Assembly (NCBI RefSeq): GCF_009914755.1
Contig: NC_060926.1
From: the human T2T-CHM13v2.0 reference genome, Homo sapiens
Length of the DNA stretch: 64,000 bases
Reading direction: 5' to 3' (one strand)
The notes under the pieces were generated by a model that made no database searches, was not told the DNA's origin, and worked only from the letters and a program-made list of their open reading frames with translations. Numbering within the stretch: the first letter of the stretch is position 1; each line of letters starts with the position of its first letter. A program made the position numbers and the translations under genes. Of this stretch, positions 1 through 64,000 are shown piece by piece.

Positions 1-61
1 GAAAAACAGTGGAATTTATTGGTGATTCAGTTATTTTCCCCATTCTACTCCACTTCTCTAG

Positions 62-63809
<63,748 letters not shown>

Positions 63810-64000
63810 GTAAGAAAAGTGTTACTAAATCTTACTTATGTGAAATTATCTAGTTTATTAGCTGGTATGAAACAAAATTAGTTGAAGTCAGTTGATGATG
63901 TTATATATCACTATTTTAATTACAAACAGTTTATTTTAGAGGTAGTGGATATCTCGACATTCTACTTATGAGAGGGAATGCTTTGTTTGTTTGTTTGTTT

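Overview
Primate, most likely human, genomic DNA lying entirely inside BIRC6 (BRUCE/Apollon) on the + strand. I traced 34 internal coding exons (62..63809). All have AG/GT boundaries with compatible phases and join into one open frame of 5868 nt (1956 codons) when the proximal donors are used. The start, stop, BIR and UBC domains are outside the window. The introns hold one full-length antisense SVA with a 14-bp target-site duplication (TSD), about 35 Alu/FLAM/FAM copies, hAT and Tigger-family DNA transposon fossils, old L1 fragments and microsatellites. I see no evidence of a new gene system. The most notable items are the SVA 88 nt upstream of an exon, a 155-bp Alu-to-Alu templated copy, a target site used twice, two tail-less Alu insertions, two in-frame alternative donors and several candidate micro/poison exons. 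Gene and repeat names come from my recall of the sequences, not from a database search, and repeat boundaries are approximate.
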